Shown here piece by piece: positions 30,137 to 39,108 of a DNA stretch of 64,000 nt. Where the stretch lies: positions 1 to 64,000 of the forward strand of contig CAVUWA010000011.1 in the NCBI GenBank assembly GCA_963744995.1, in the 5' to 3' direction. Made by a program: the position numbers and the translations under genes. The stretch is from Candidatus Eiseniibacteriota bacterium. Its GTDB lineage: Bacteria > Eisenbacteria > RBG-16-71-46. The stretch's first letter is position 1, and each line of letters begins with the position of its first letter. Below the pieces are notes generated by a model. That model had not been told where the DNA came from. It made no database searches and worked only from the letters and a program-made list of their open reading frames with translations.

Positions 30137-32107
30137 TCACCTCACCAGCGTGAACCGCCGCGTGATCTCGGTATCGAGCGCGTCGAAGCGCGCGAAGTAG
30201 ATGCCCGCGCCCGCGCGACCACCCGCTTCGTTGAGGCCGTCCCAGCGCAGCACGTGGCGCCCCGCGCCGAACGTGCCCGTCTCGAGCGCACGCACCACGC
30301 GGCCGCCCGCATCGAAGATGCGCAGCCGCACGGGCGCCGGTTGCGGGAGCGAGAAGTGGAAGCTCGCGCGCCCGCCGGCCGGATTCGGCAGCGCGCCGGC
30401 GAACGAAAGCGTGTAGCGCTCCCCGGCCGCGGGCACGTCGACCGTGAGGCACGGCGCCGGGTCGCAGGCGAAGCCCTGCGCGGCCGACGCCGCAAACGCC
30501 ACGACGCGGCGCGCAGCGGAAAGCGGCTCCACCGCGAACTCGGGCGCGGCGCCGCACGCGGCCAGCACGGCGCCGTAGACGGATCCGCCCGGCCCGGGCG
30601 CACCGCTGTTGCCGCCCGCCGCCGGCGCGCCGCCGCTGCCGCCGGAACCCGGTGCTCCGCCCGCGAACGACACGTTGACCGGCGTGTAGGCACCGTCGCA
30701 CGCATAGACGCCGTAGGCCGACCCGCCCGCGCCGCCGCTGCCGCCGCCGCTGGCGCCACCGCGCCCGCCCGTGCCGCCGCTGCCGCCGGGGGGCGAGCCG
30801 CCCGCACCCTGTCCGCCGGGGCCGCCGCTGCCTCCCGGCTGCCCCGCGCCGCCGGCGCCGCCGCTGCCCCCCGCGGCTCCGCTGCCACGCTGAAATTCCA
30901 CGTCCGTCAGCGTGAGCGTCGAGGCGATCGCGAACACGCCGAAGCTGCTGCCGCCGCCATGTCCGCCGATGCCCGCGACCGGCGCCCGCGCGCCGCCCGC
31001 GCCACCCCCACCACCACCGGCGCCGTAGGAGTCGGTTCCGCTGTCGCAGCCGCCCGAACCGCCGCCGCCGCCGCCGCCGGTGCCGTCCCCACCGAGCGCG
31101 CCCGAAGTGCCATCGTGGGACGCCCAGTAGTCACCCACGAGGGTCCCCCCGGGTGAGGCCGCGATGCCGCCCGGACCGTTCGTCGAGGAGCCGGCGTTCC
31201 CGTTTCCGCCCGGGGCGCACGGCGATCCGCCGTTGCCGCGGTATCCGCTGCCGCCGCCGACGTAGCTGGCGGCATTGAAGCCCGGAGCGCCGGGTGTCGC
31301 GTTGTAGTTCTCGGAGAACAGGGTGCAGTTGGTGTCCATCGTGCCGCCCGGACCGCCCGCGCCGCCGTTTCGCGAACCGACGGCGTTGATCCCCGGCGAG
31401 CCGCCGGCCCCGCGCGAGGTGTTGTCGCATACCGTGGCGTACTGCGCGGCGTTGCCGCCGGCCGAGCCGCCGGCGGCCGGCGCCTGCGATGCGCTGGTGC
31501 CGTTGCTTCCGGGGGATCCGGCGGCGCCGTTGCCCCCGATGATGCGGACGCCGGTGAGATCGAGCGCCGCCTGCTTCGCGTGCACGGCGTAACTGCTGCG
31601 CGCGACGCCGCCGATGCTGCCGGTGGCATGGGCCCCGTGGATCTCCAGGTTGTCGATGGACGCGGTCGCGCCGGGAACCGCGCGGACGGTGAGGTAGCGA
31701 CCCGTGCCGCCGTCGAAGCCGCCGGTGATCGTCACGAGATGCCCGCTCTGCGTGCGCGATGCGTACGACCAGTCCAGATCGTAGCCGCCGTAGATGTGCA
31801 GCTCGGCGGCGGGGAGCGTCACGACCTCGTTGTACGAACCGGCCTGCACGAACAGACAGGTCTGGCTCTCGGCCTGCGCACGGGCGATGCCGTGGCCGAT
31901 CGTCGCGCACGGGCTCGACGGGTCGAGCCCGCAGGTGCCGTCGTCAGCGCCCTGCGCGGTGGAAACGAAGATGCCGCAGGCCGGCGTTCCCGCGGCGCGC
32001 GCGGTCGCCGCTCCGAACAACGGCACGAGAACGAGGAGCGACGCGAGCAGCGCGTCTGCCGCGGGAGTCGAGCGACGGGGGTGAAGATGCCGGGAGAAGA
32101 TCCGCAT
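30137..32107 (-). CDS. Secreted glycine-rich PGRS-like protein with T9SS/FlgD-like CTD
   Basis: Signal peptide; IFVS..G.D..CG..PCATI..GI N-domain; long GGxGGxG tracts with paired Cys; PNP..FDAGGRVV..GIYFAR CTD. Confidence 0.8.
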   Translation of the reverse strand: MRIFSRHLHPRRSTPAADALLASLLVLVPLFGAATARAAGTPACGIFVSTAQGADDGTCGLDPSSPCATIGHGIARAQAESQTCLFVQAGSYNEVVTLPAAELHIYGGYDLDWSYASRTQSGHLVTITGGFDGGTGRYLTVRAVPGATASIDNLEIHGAHATGSIGGVARSSYAVHAKQAALDLTGVRIIGGNGAAGSPGSNGTSASQAPAAGGSAGGNAAQYATVCDNTSRGAGGSPGINAVGSRNGGAGGPGGTMDTNCTLFSENYNATPGAPGFNAASYVGGGSGYRGNGGSPCAPGGNGNAGSSTNGPGGIAASPGGTLVGDYWASHDGTSGALGGDGTGGGGGGGSGGCDSGTDSYGAGGGGGGAGGARAPVAGIGGHGGGSSFGVFAIASTLTLTDVEFQRGSGAAGGSGGAGGAGQPGGSGGPGGQGAGGSPPGGSGGTGGRGGASGGGSGGAGGSAYGVYACDGAYTPVNVSFAGGAPGSGGSGGAPAAGGNSGAPGPGGSVYGAVLAACGAAPEFAVEPLSAARRVVAFAASAAQGFACDPAPCLTVDVPAAGERYTLSFAGALPNPAGGRASFHFSLPQPAPVRLRIFDAGGRVVRALETGTFGAGRHVLRWDGLNEAGGRAGAGIYFARFDALDTEITRRFTLVR

Positions 32108-32421
32108 GCGGGCCTCGGAGAAGTAGGTGCGGAACGTGGGCCGGGCCGGCGCCCTGGTGGTCCGACAAGTCTAGATTCCGCCGCGGGCCGCTGTCTGCAA
32201 CTTTCCTGAACGCCTGTGGCGGAAGATCGCCGCGAAAGTGGCCCCGCGTGCCGCCGCAGCCGCGCGTGCCGGGCGGCGGAGCGACCGGGCCTCCCGGGGC
32301 GTGTCTTCTCCGAACCGGGGGCTACTTGCGTCGTCCGGGTGGTTGGTGGAACGCTGTGGGGCGGCTGGGCGTGGCCGGATTCGAGGGGCCCGCCCGCTGA
32401 GGGCCGCAGGAGATTCGGGTC

Positions 32422-34872
32422 ATGGTTTCGCTGCGCGAGGCGACAGGAACGGCCGGACCACCGGCCGCCGCGCCCGCAGGCTCAGCCGCCGGTCTCAGCA
32501 GCATCGAAGCCAGACGGCGCCTGGACGAGGTCGGTTACAACGAGCTGGCGGAAGAGCGTACCCACCCGCTGCTCGATTTCCTCAAGCACTTCAACGGACC
32601 GATCGCGTGGATGATCGAGGCGGCGGCCGTTCTGTCCGCGCTGGTGCGTCACTGGCCGGACTTCTGGATGATCCTGGCGCTGCTCGTCGCCAACGCGTTC
32701 GTCGGCTTCTGGGAGGAGTACCAGGCCGGGAACGCGGTGCGCGCGCTGAAGGCCAGGCTGGCGTTGCAGGCGCGCGTGCGGCGCGACGGGCGCTGGACCG
32801 CGCTGCCGGCCCGCGAACTGGTCCCCGGCGATCTGATCCGCGTGCGGCTCGGCGACATCGTCCCGGCGGATGCGCGGCTGGCGGAAGGCGATCCGGTCGA
32901 GGTGGATCAGTCCGCACTCACCGGCGAGTCGCTGCCGGTGACCCGCAAGTGCGGTGAGTCGCTGTACTCGGGGTCGATCCTGCGTCAGGGCGAGGCCGAC
33001 GCCGAGGTCACCGCCACCGGTGCCCGCACCTACTTCGGCCGCACGGCGCAGCTGGTCGTCGAGGCGCGCAACGTCAGTCACTTCCAGCGCGCGGTGCTCA
33101 GGATCGGCAACTACCTCATCGCGATCGCCGTCGCCCTGGTGGCCCTGATCCTCGTGGTCGCGTCGCTGCGCGGCGACCGGATGACGACCACGCTGCAGTT
33201 CGCGCTGGTCCTGACCGTGGCGGCGGTCCCCGTGGCGATGCCGACGGTGCTGTCGGTGACCATGGCGGTGGGCGCACGGCTGCTGGCGGCCAAACGCACC
33301 ATCGTCAGCCGGCTGGCGGCGATCGAGGAGCTGGCCGGCATGGACGTGCTCTGCTCGGACAAGACCGGCACGCTCACCCAGAACCGGCTCACGCTCGGCG
33401 AGCCGTTCAGCGTCGCGGGCGTGGGCCGCGACGAGGTGATTCTCGCCGCGGCGCTGGCATCGCGCGAGGAAGACCGCGACGTCATCGACCAGGCCGTGCT
33501 CGGTGGCGTCAAGGACCGTGGGGCGCTCGAGCGGTTCCGGGTGACGCGCTTCCAGCCGTTCGACCCCGTGCGCAAGCGCACCGAGGCCGCCGTCGCGGGG
33601 CCGGACGGCCGGGCGTTCCGGGTCACCAAGGGCGCGCCACAGGTGATCCTCGCGCTGGTGGCCGACGCGGACCGGGTGAGAACCGCCGTCGAGGAGACCA
33701 TTCACGCGTTCGCCGTGCGCGGCTTCCGCTCGCTCGGCGTCGCGCGGAAGGAGGACGACGGCGCGTGGCGGTTTCTCGGCGTGCTGCCGTTGTTCGACCC
33801 GCCGCGCGCGGACTCGAAGGACACGATCGCCGCCGCGCGCCGGATGGGCGTGCAGGTGAAGATGGTGACCGGCGACCAGCTCGCCATCGGCCGCGAGGTT
33901 GCCGGGCAGCTGGGGCTCGGCGCGGATCTGGTGGATGCGAAGGTCTTCGACGATGCACCGCGGGCGCGGGAGGCGCGGCTGGACCGGGCCATCGAGAACG
34001 CGGACGGCTTCGCGCAGGTGTTTCCCGAGCACAAGTTTCACATCGTCGAGGTCCTGCAGCGGAACGGCCACATCGTCGGCATGACCGGCGACGGGGTCAA
34101 CGACGCACCGGCGCTGAAGAAGGCCGATTGCGGCATCGCCGTGTCGGGGGCGACGGACGCGGCGCGGGCCGCGGCGGCGATGGTGCTGCTCACGCCCGGG
34201 CTGTCGGTGATCATCGACGCCATCCGGGAGAGCCGGAAGATCTTCCAGCGCATGACCAGTTACGCGATCTACCGGATCGCCGAGACCGTCCGGGTCCTGC
34301 TGTTCATGACCCTGTCGATCGTGTTCTTCAACTTCTATCCGCTGACCGCCGTGATGATCGTGCTGCTCGCCCTGCTGAACGACGGCGCGATCCTGTCCAT
34401 CGCCTACGATCGCGTGCGCTATTCCGACGCACCGGAAGTCTGGGACATGCGCCGGGTGCTCGGCATCGCGACCGCGCTGGGCGTCACGGGCGTGCTGGCC
34501 TCGTTCGGCCTGTTCTATCTCGGCGAGCGCGTCTTCCACCTGGACCGGCCGACGATCCAGACGCTGATGTACCTGAAGCTCTCGATCGCGGGCCACCTGA
34601 CGATCTTCCTGACGCGCACCCGCGGGCCGTTCTGGCGCTCGCGCCCCGCGCCGATTCTGCTGCTGGCCGTCATCGGCACGCAGCTCCTCGCGACGTGGAT
34701 CGCGGTGACCGGCGTCTTCATGCCGGCGATCGGCTGGGGCTGGGTCGCCTTCGTCTGGGGTTACGCGGTGGCTTCGTGGCTGGTGGGGGATGTCGTGAAA
34801 GGGCTCGCGTACCATGTTCTCGACTCGATGCCGGCCACGCCCTCGCCGACGATCGCGCAGGCGGCACGGTGA
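32422..34872 (+). CDS. P-type IIIA (plasma-membrane proton-efflux) ATPase
   Basis: DQSALTGESLP, PVAMP, CSDKTGTLT, KGAP, MVTGD, GDGVNDAPALKKAD and the P3A-specific LLNDGAILSIAYD. Confidence 0.92.
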   Translation: MVSLREATGTAGPPAAAPAGSAAGLSSIEARRRLDEVGYNELAEERTHPLLDFLKHFNGPIAWMIEAAAVLSALVRHWPDFWMILALLVANAFVGFWEEYQAGNAVRALKARLALQARVRRDGRWTALPARELVPGDLIRVRLGDIVPADARLAEGDPVEVDQSALTGESLPVTRKCGESLYSGSILRQGEADAEVTATGARTYFGRTAQLVVEARNVSHFQRAVLRIGNYLIAIAVALVALILVVASLRGDRMTTTLQFALVLTVAAVPVAMPTVLSVTMAVGARLLAAKRTIVSRLAAIEELAGMDVLCSDKTGTLTQNRLTLGEPFSVAGVGRDEVILAAALASREEDRDVIDQAVLGGVKDRGALERFRVTRFQPFDPVRKRTEAAVAGPDGRAFRVTKGAPQVILALVADADRVRTAVEETIHAFAVRGFRSLGVARKEDDGAWRFLGVLPLFDPPRADSKDTIAAARRMGVQVKMVTGDQLAIGREVAGQLGLGADLVDAKVFDDAPRAREARLDRAIENADGFAQVFPEHKFHIVEVLQRNGHIVGMTGDGVNDAPALKKADCGIAVSGATDAARAAAAMVLLTPGLSVIIDAIRESRKIFQRMTSYAIYRIAETVRVLLFMTLSIVFFNFYPLTAVMIVLLALLNDGAILSIAYDRVRYSDAPEVWDMRRVLGIATALGVTGVLASFGLFYLGERVFHLDRPTIQTLMYLKLSIAGHLTIFLTRTRGPFWRSRPAPILLLAVIGTQLLATWIAVTGVFMPAIGWGWVAFVWGYAVASWLVGDVVKGLAYHVLDSMPATPSPTIAQAAR

Positions 34873-36389
34873 ACCCCGAAACCCGCCCCGCCACCCGCGT
34901 CCCTTCGCTGCTCCACAACTGGGTGAGCCTCGCAGGCGGCATTCTCGCCGCGTCGAGCTTCTTCGCGGTCGCCTGCCTGATCGCGCTCGATCTGTTCCGC
35001 GGCTTCGCCAACCCGTATCTGGGAATCCTCACCTACATCGTCGCGCCGGTGTTCCTGATCGCAGGACTCGTGCTGATCGCGGCCGGAGCGCTGTGGGAGC
35101 GCCGGCGCCGGCGCACGCTGCGCCCCGGCGTGGTGCCGGAATACCCGCGCGTCGACTTCAACGTGCCGCGGCAGCGCAACGCTTTCCTGGCCGTGGCCGG
35201 GATCACGGCGGTGTTCTTTCTCTCGACCGCCGTGGGCAGCTATCGCACCTACCAGTTCACCGAGTCGGTCTCGTTCTGCGGCAGGACCTGCCACTCGATC
35301 ATGCAACCCGAGTACACGGCGTACCGGCAGTCGCCGCATGCGCGGGTCGACTGCGTGCAGTGCCACATCGGACCGGGGGCGAGCTGGTACGTGAAGTCCA
35401 AGCTCTCGGGCGCGTATCAGGTCTACGCCACGCTGGCGAACCGGTATCCGCGCCCGATCCCCACGCCGATCGAAAACCTGCGGCCCGCGCGCGAGACCTG
35501 CGAACAGTGCCACTGGCCGCGGCAGTTCTTCGGCGCCACCCAGAAGACGTTCCACCACTACCTGCCCGACGCGCGGAACTCACCGTGGACGATCCAGATG
35601 CTGCTCAAGGTGGGCGGCGGCGATCCCGAATTCGGCACGGTCGGCGGCATTCACTGGCACATGGCGATCGCCAACAGGATCGAGTACATCGCCGGCGACA
35701 CCCGGCGCGAAGTGCTTCCCTGGGTGCGTCTCACCGACGCCGAAGGCCACGTCACCGTCTATCAGTCCGGCGAAGGCCGGCTGACCCCCGCCCAGATCGC
35801 CGCGGCACAGCCGCGCGTGATGGACTGTATCGACTGTCACAATCGGGCGGCGCACGCCTACCGCGCACCGGTCGATGCGGTGGATCTCGCGCTGCAGACC
35901 GGGCGCATCGACCGCTCGATCCCGGACATCGAGGCACAGGCGGTCGCGGCACTGACCGCGCCCTATCCCAGCGCGGACAGCGCCCGGCGCGGGATCGCCC
36001 GGACGCTGACGGCGTTCTATGAATCGCAGCGGCCCGCGTTCATGGCGGCGCACCGGCCGCTCGTGTCGGCGGCGGTCGATGAAGTGCAGCGCATCCACGC
36101 ACAGAGCTTCTTCCCCGCGATGAAAGTGGACTGGCGCACGTACCCCGATCACGCCGGCCACCTGAACGCGCCGGGGTGCTTCCGCTGCCACGACGGCAAC
36201 CACACCAGCAGCGACGGCAGGACGATCTCCCACGACTGCAACGCCTGCCACACGATCATCGCCCAGGGATACGCCGACTCGCTGCAGACGAGCGTCGCGG
36301 GCCTGGAATTCCGGCACCCCGTGGACATCTCCGGCGCCTGGCAGGAGATGAACTGTTCCGACTGCCACGACGGATCGCTGGTGCAGTGA
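34869..36389 (+). CDS. Membrane-anchored multiheme cytochrome c (NapC/NirT-type N-terminus), about 7 hemes
   Basis: GTG start overlaps the ATPase stop (GTGA); three N-terminal TM helices; CGRTCH plus CVQCH, CEQCH, CIDCH, CFRCH, CNACH, CSDCH. Confidence 0.88.
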   Translation: MNPETRPATRVPSLLHNWVSLAGGILAASSFFAVACLIALDLFRGFANPYLGILTYIVAPVFLIAGLVLIAAGALWERRRRRTLRPGVVPEYPRVDFNVPRQRNAFLAVAGITAVFFLSTAVGSYRTYQFTESVSFCGRTCHSIMQPEYTAYRQSPHARVDCVQCHIGPGASWYVKSKLSGAYQVYATLANRYPRPIPTPIENLRPARETCEQCHWPRQFFGATQKTFHHYLPDARNSPWTIQMLLKVGGGDPEFGTVGGIHWHMAIANRIEYIAGDTRREVLPWVRLTDAEGHVTVYQSGEGRLTPAQIAAAQPRVMDCIDCHNRAAHAYRAPVDAVDLALQTGRIDRSIPDIEAQAVAALTAPYPSADSARRGIARTLTAFYESQRPAFMAAHRPLVSAAVDEVQRIHAQSFFPAMKVDWRTYPDHAGHLNAPGCFRCHDGNHTSSDGRTISHDCNACHTIIAQGYADSLQTSVAGLEFRHPVDISGAWQEMNCSDCHDGSLVQ

Positions 36390-36395
36390 GGCGCC

Positions 36396-38858
36396 TCAGC
36401 GCATGATCGACACGCGCCGCGTCAGCGTTCTCCCTTCCGCCTCGAGCCGGATCACGTAGAGCCCGCTCGCGACGCCCGCCCCGGCGGCGTTGGCACCATC
36501 CCACGACGCGGCGTGAGTGCCGGCCGGCAGCGCGCCGTCCACCAGCACGCGCACGCGCCGCCCCTGCATGTCGAAGACCGCGAGCCGCACGTGCGCGGGG
36601 CGCGGCAGGTCGAAGCTCAGCCGCGTCACCCCGCGGCTCGGATTCGGGGCCGGCATCGCCAGCGCCAGCATGTGCGGCAGCGTGGCATCCACGTCGACCG
36701 TGCCGTTCGGCGCGAGCGTCGCCGCCGGCCCGATGTTGCCGTGCGTGTCGATCGCGACCAGCTTGTACCACCCGGGCGTCAGGTCGTCCGTCACCCAGCC
36801 GGTCGCCGTGGTCGAGGCGAGCAACGCACCGCCCACGGGATCGAAGTCCGGCGTCGCGCCGCGATACAGGCGGTAGTACGCGAGGTCGGGCGCGGGGTTG
36901 CTTCCCCACTGGAACACGATCTGCGCCGCCAGGAACTGCGCGGTGAAGGGCTGCGTCACCGGCGGCCCGAGATCGTCCACCGAGTAGCCGCTGTCGGGTG
37001 CCGATTCCCAGTGCGCCGGGGTGAACTGATGAACGGCGTCGACCATGAACGTCGTGTAGGGATTCGCTCCGGCGATCGAATCGGTCGTCGTGGCCGCCGT
37101 GTAGCTGTAGCCGCTGAAGCCCTTGCCGGGGACACGATCCACGTACTCCCAGTAGATGACACCGGCCCCCGTCGCCTGCGCGCGCCACGCACCGGGCGGT
37201 GGCGCGGCGGGCGGCTCCGCCGTGATCGAAGACGCTGCGGCCACGGGCGCCGGGCGCGTCCACAGCGTGCGCCGTCCCGCGGTCAGCGCGGAGATGGCGA
37301 CCGCGGTCGGCACCTGACGCCAGATCTGATATTCGAGGATTCCCGACGGGCTGCCGAAGTCCAGCCAGCTCGGCGTCCACGAGATCCGCACCTGCCCGCC
37401 TTCGTCGCCGGCGACGTCCTTGACCGACGCGATCGAGGCGCTCGGATCGCCGAGCACGCCGAAACCGTCGACACGCTGGACGTAGGCTTCGCTGGTCAGG
37501 TCGCGGGCGTCCGACCAGTACACGATCGCGCCGTGGCGATCGTCGGCAACCAGCCCGCTGGGGAAATTGGGATTGTTCGCGGTGCACACCGCCGTGCCGC
37601 CGTACCCCCAGCCGCTCACCAGCTGCCCCTGTCCGTCGAGGTGTGAAGCATAGATGTCGACCCCGCCCGAGCGGACGTCGGCCCAGGCCGCGAAGATTCC
37701 ACCCAGGCCGTCGGCCATGATCTCCAGACCGTTGCCGGAGCCCGGCGAGTCGCTCACCTTCACGCCGCAGTCCGGCCATCCCGGCGCGGGTGCACCCGAC
37801 CCGTCGAGCCGCAGCGCATAGACGTCCGAGCCGGCGACGTCGCGATAGTCCTGCCACGCCACGTAGAGGGGGTTCCCGGCGCCGGCGAGGATGCGGATCC
37901 GGTGGTGGTTCTGCGCTCCGGCGCACAGCGCGCGCCCGCCCGGAGTCCAGTATTCGGTCGTCACGGTCGAGTCCACGCGCTGACCGAAGACGTCGAACGG
38001 GCCGTTGCGGGAATCCCGCCAGGCCACGAACGCTCCGCCCGCTCCGTCGGATTCCACCACCGCCTGCTCACGCCCGCCTGCGCCGCTGCCGATGACGAAA
38101 CCGCCCGTGCCCAGCACCCCGCCCCCCGGCGTCAGGCGCGCGATCCGGATCTCGATCGTGCCGTTCGTGTCGCTGCGCCAGACGACGAACGCTCCCCCGT
38201 TTCCGTCGCTCGCAATCGTCGCCTCTGTTTCATCGGCGGTAGACGTCGAGATGAAGTACGTCGCGACGGCTCCGGTGCTGTCGACGTGAGCGCCGTAGAT
38301 GTCGCGATCGGTGGGTGAGTAGGAATGCAGCCAGACGATGTAGGCCCCGCCGATGCCGTCGGCGGCGATCTTCGGGTCGTATTCGAACTCGGCCGAGACC
38401 CGGATCGGAACACCGTCGATGGGCCAGCCGGGCGCCGGCGCGCCGTCACTGCGGATGCGCTGCGCGAAGATGTCGGCGGTCGCGCCGCCGTTGCGCGCAT
38501 CGAGCCAGGTGAGGATGGCGCCCCCGTAGCCGTCCGCGACGATCGCAGGCGAGTCCTGATAGTCGGGGGCGACGCACACCGGATTCCCGCTCGACGACCA
38601 GCCGGCGGGGCGCTCGCCGTTCCGGTCCAGCCGCGAGATGAAAATGTCGCTGTTCATGTTGCCGTTGCGGAAGTCCCGGTAGGCGGCGATCACGCCGCCG
38701 GCCCCGTCGGAAACGGCGACGATGATGTCCCGGTTGTCGGGGCTGTCGGTCAGGGGGTTGTTGACGTTCGGATCGTGGGACCACGCACCGAGGGCGGGGC
38801 GAACGGGGGCGGCGTTGAACGCGAGCAGTGCGAGCACGAGGCAGGTGAGGCGGCGCAA
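36396..38858 (-). CDS. Secreted 8-repeat propeller protein with stalk and T9SS/FlgD-like CTD
   Basis: TTG start after GGGAGG; signal peptide; 8 DG.GG repeats; GDEGG..YWEYV..SAPDSGYSVDDL stalk; PNPS..FDMQGRRV..SGLYVIR CTD. Confidence 0.85.
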   Translation of the reverse strand: MRRLTCLVLALLAFNAAPVRPALGAWSHDPNVNNPLTDSPDNRDIIVAVSDGAGGVIAAYRDFRNGNMNSDIFISRLDRNGERPAGWSSSGNPVCVAPDYQDSPAIVADGYGGAILTWLDARNGGATADIFAQRIRSDGAPAPGWPIDGVPIRVSAEFEYDPKIAADGIGGAYIVWLHSYSPTDRDIYGAHVDSTGAVATYFISTSTADETEATIASDGNGGAFVVWRSDTNGTIEIRIARLTPGGGVLGTGGFVIGSGAGGREQAVVESDGAGGAFVAWRDSRNGPFDVFGQRVDSTVTTEYWTPGGRALCAGAQNHHRIRILAGAGNPLYVAWQDYRDVAGSDVYALRLDGSGAPAPGWPDCGVKVSDSPGSGNGLEIMADGLGGIFAAWADVRSGGVDIYASHLDGQGQLVSGWGYGGTAVCTANNPNFPSGLVADDRHGAIVYWSDARDLTSEAYVQRVDGFGVLGDPSASIASVKDVAGDEGGQVRISWTPSWLDFGSPSGILEYQIWRQVPTAVAISALTAGRRTLWTRPAPVAAASSITAEPPAAPPPGAWRAQATGAGVIYWEYVDRVPGKGFSGYSYTAATTTDSIAGANPYTTFMVDAVHQFTPAHWESAPDSGYSVDDLGPPVTQPFTAQFLAAQIVFQWGSNPAPDLAYYRLYRGATPDFDPVGGALLASTTATGWVTDDLTPGWYKLVAIDTHGNIGPAATLAPNGTVDVDATLPHMLALAMPAPNPSRGVTRLSFDLPRPAHVRLAVFDMQGRRVRVLVDGALPAGTHAASWDGANAAGAGVASGLYVIRLEAEGRTLTRRVSIMR

Positions 38859-39108
38859 GACGACCTCCCGGGGGTTGGAGTCACGGCGTTGCGCGACGCG
38901 GCGTCGCCGCGCCGTATGCGAAGCATTCGTCCTGATCGAGGAACATCGCGCCCTGGGGAGCCACGAAATCGTCCGCCGAGCCGCACGGCGAAGGCAAGAC
39001 ATTTCTCGCGTCCGCGTCCGCGACGGGGCGAGGGGCGACCCGGGCAGGGCGTGGTGCAGAACGGCGCCGCGCGCCGCAGCAACATGCGGGCGCGGCGCCG
39101 GAACCGCG

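Noticed and set aside
33765..36389. 874-aa ORF suggesting an ATPase-cytochrome fusion
   Set aside because: The first ~368 aa are an Arg-rich shadow frame of the ATPase; the real gene starts at GTG 34869.
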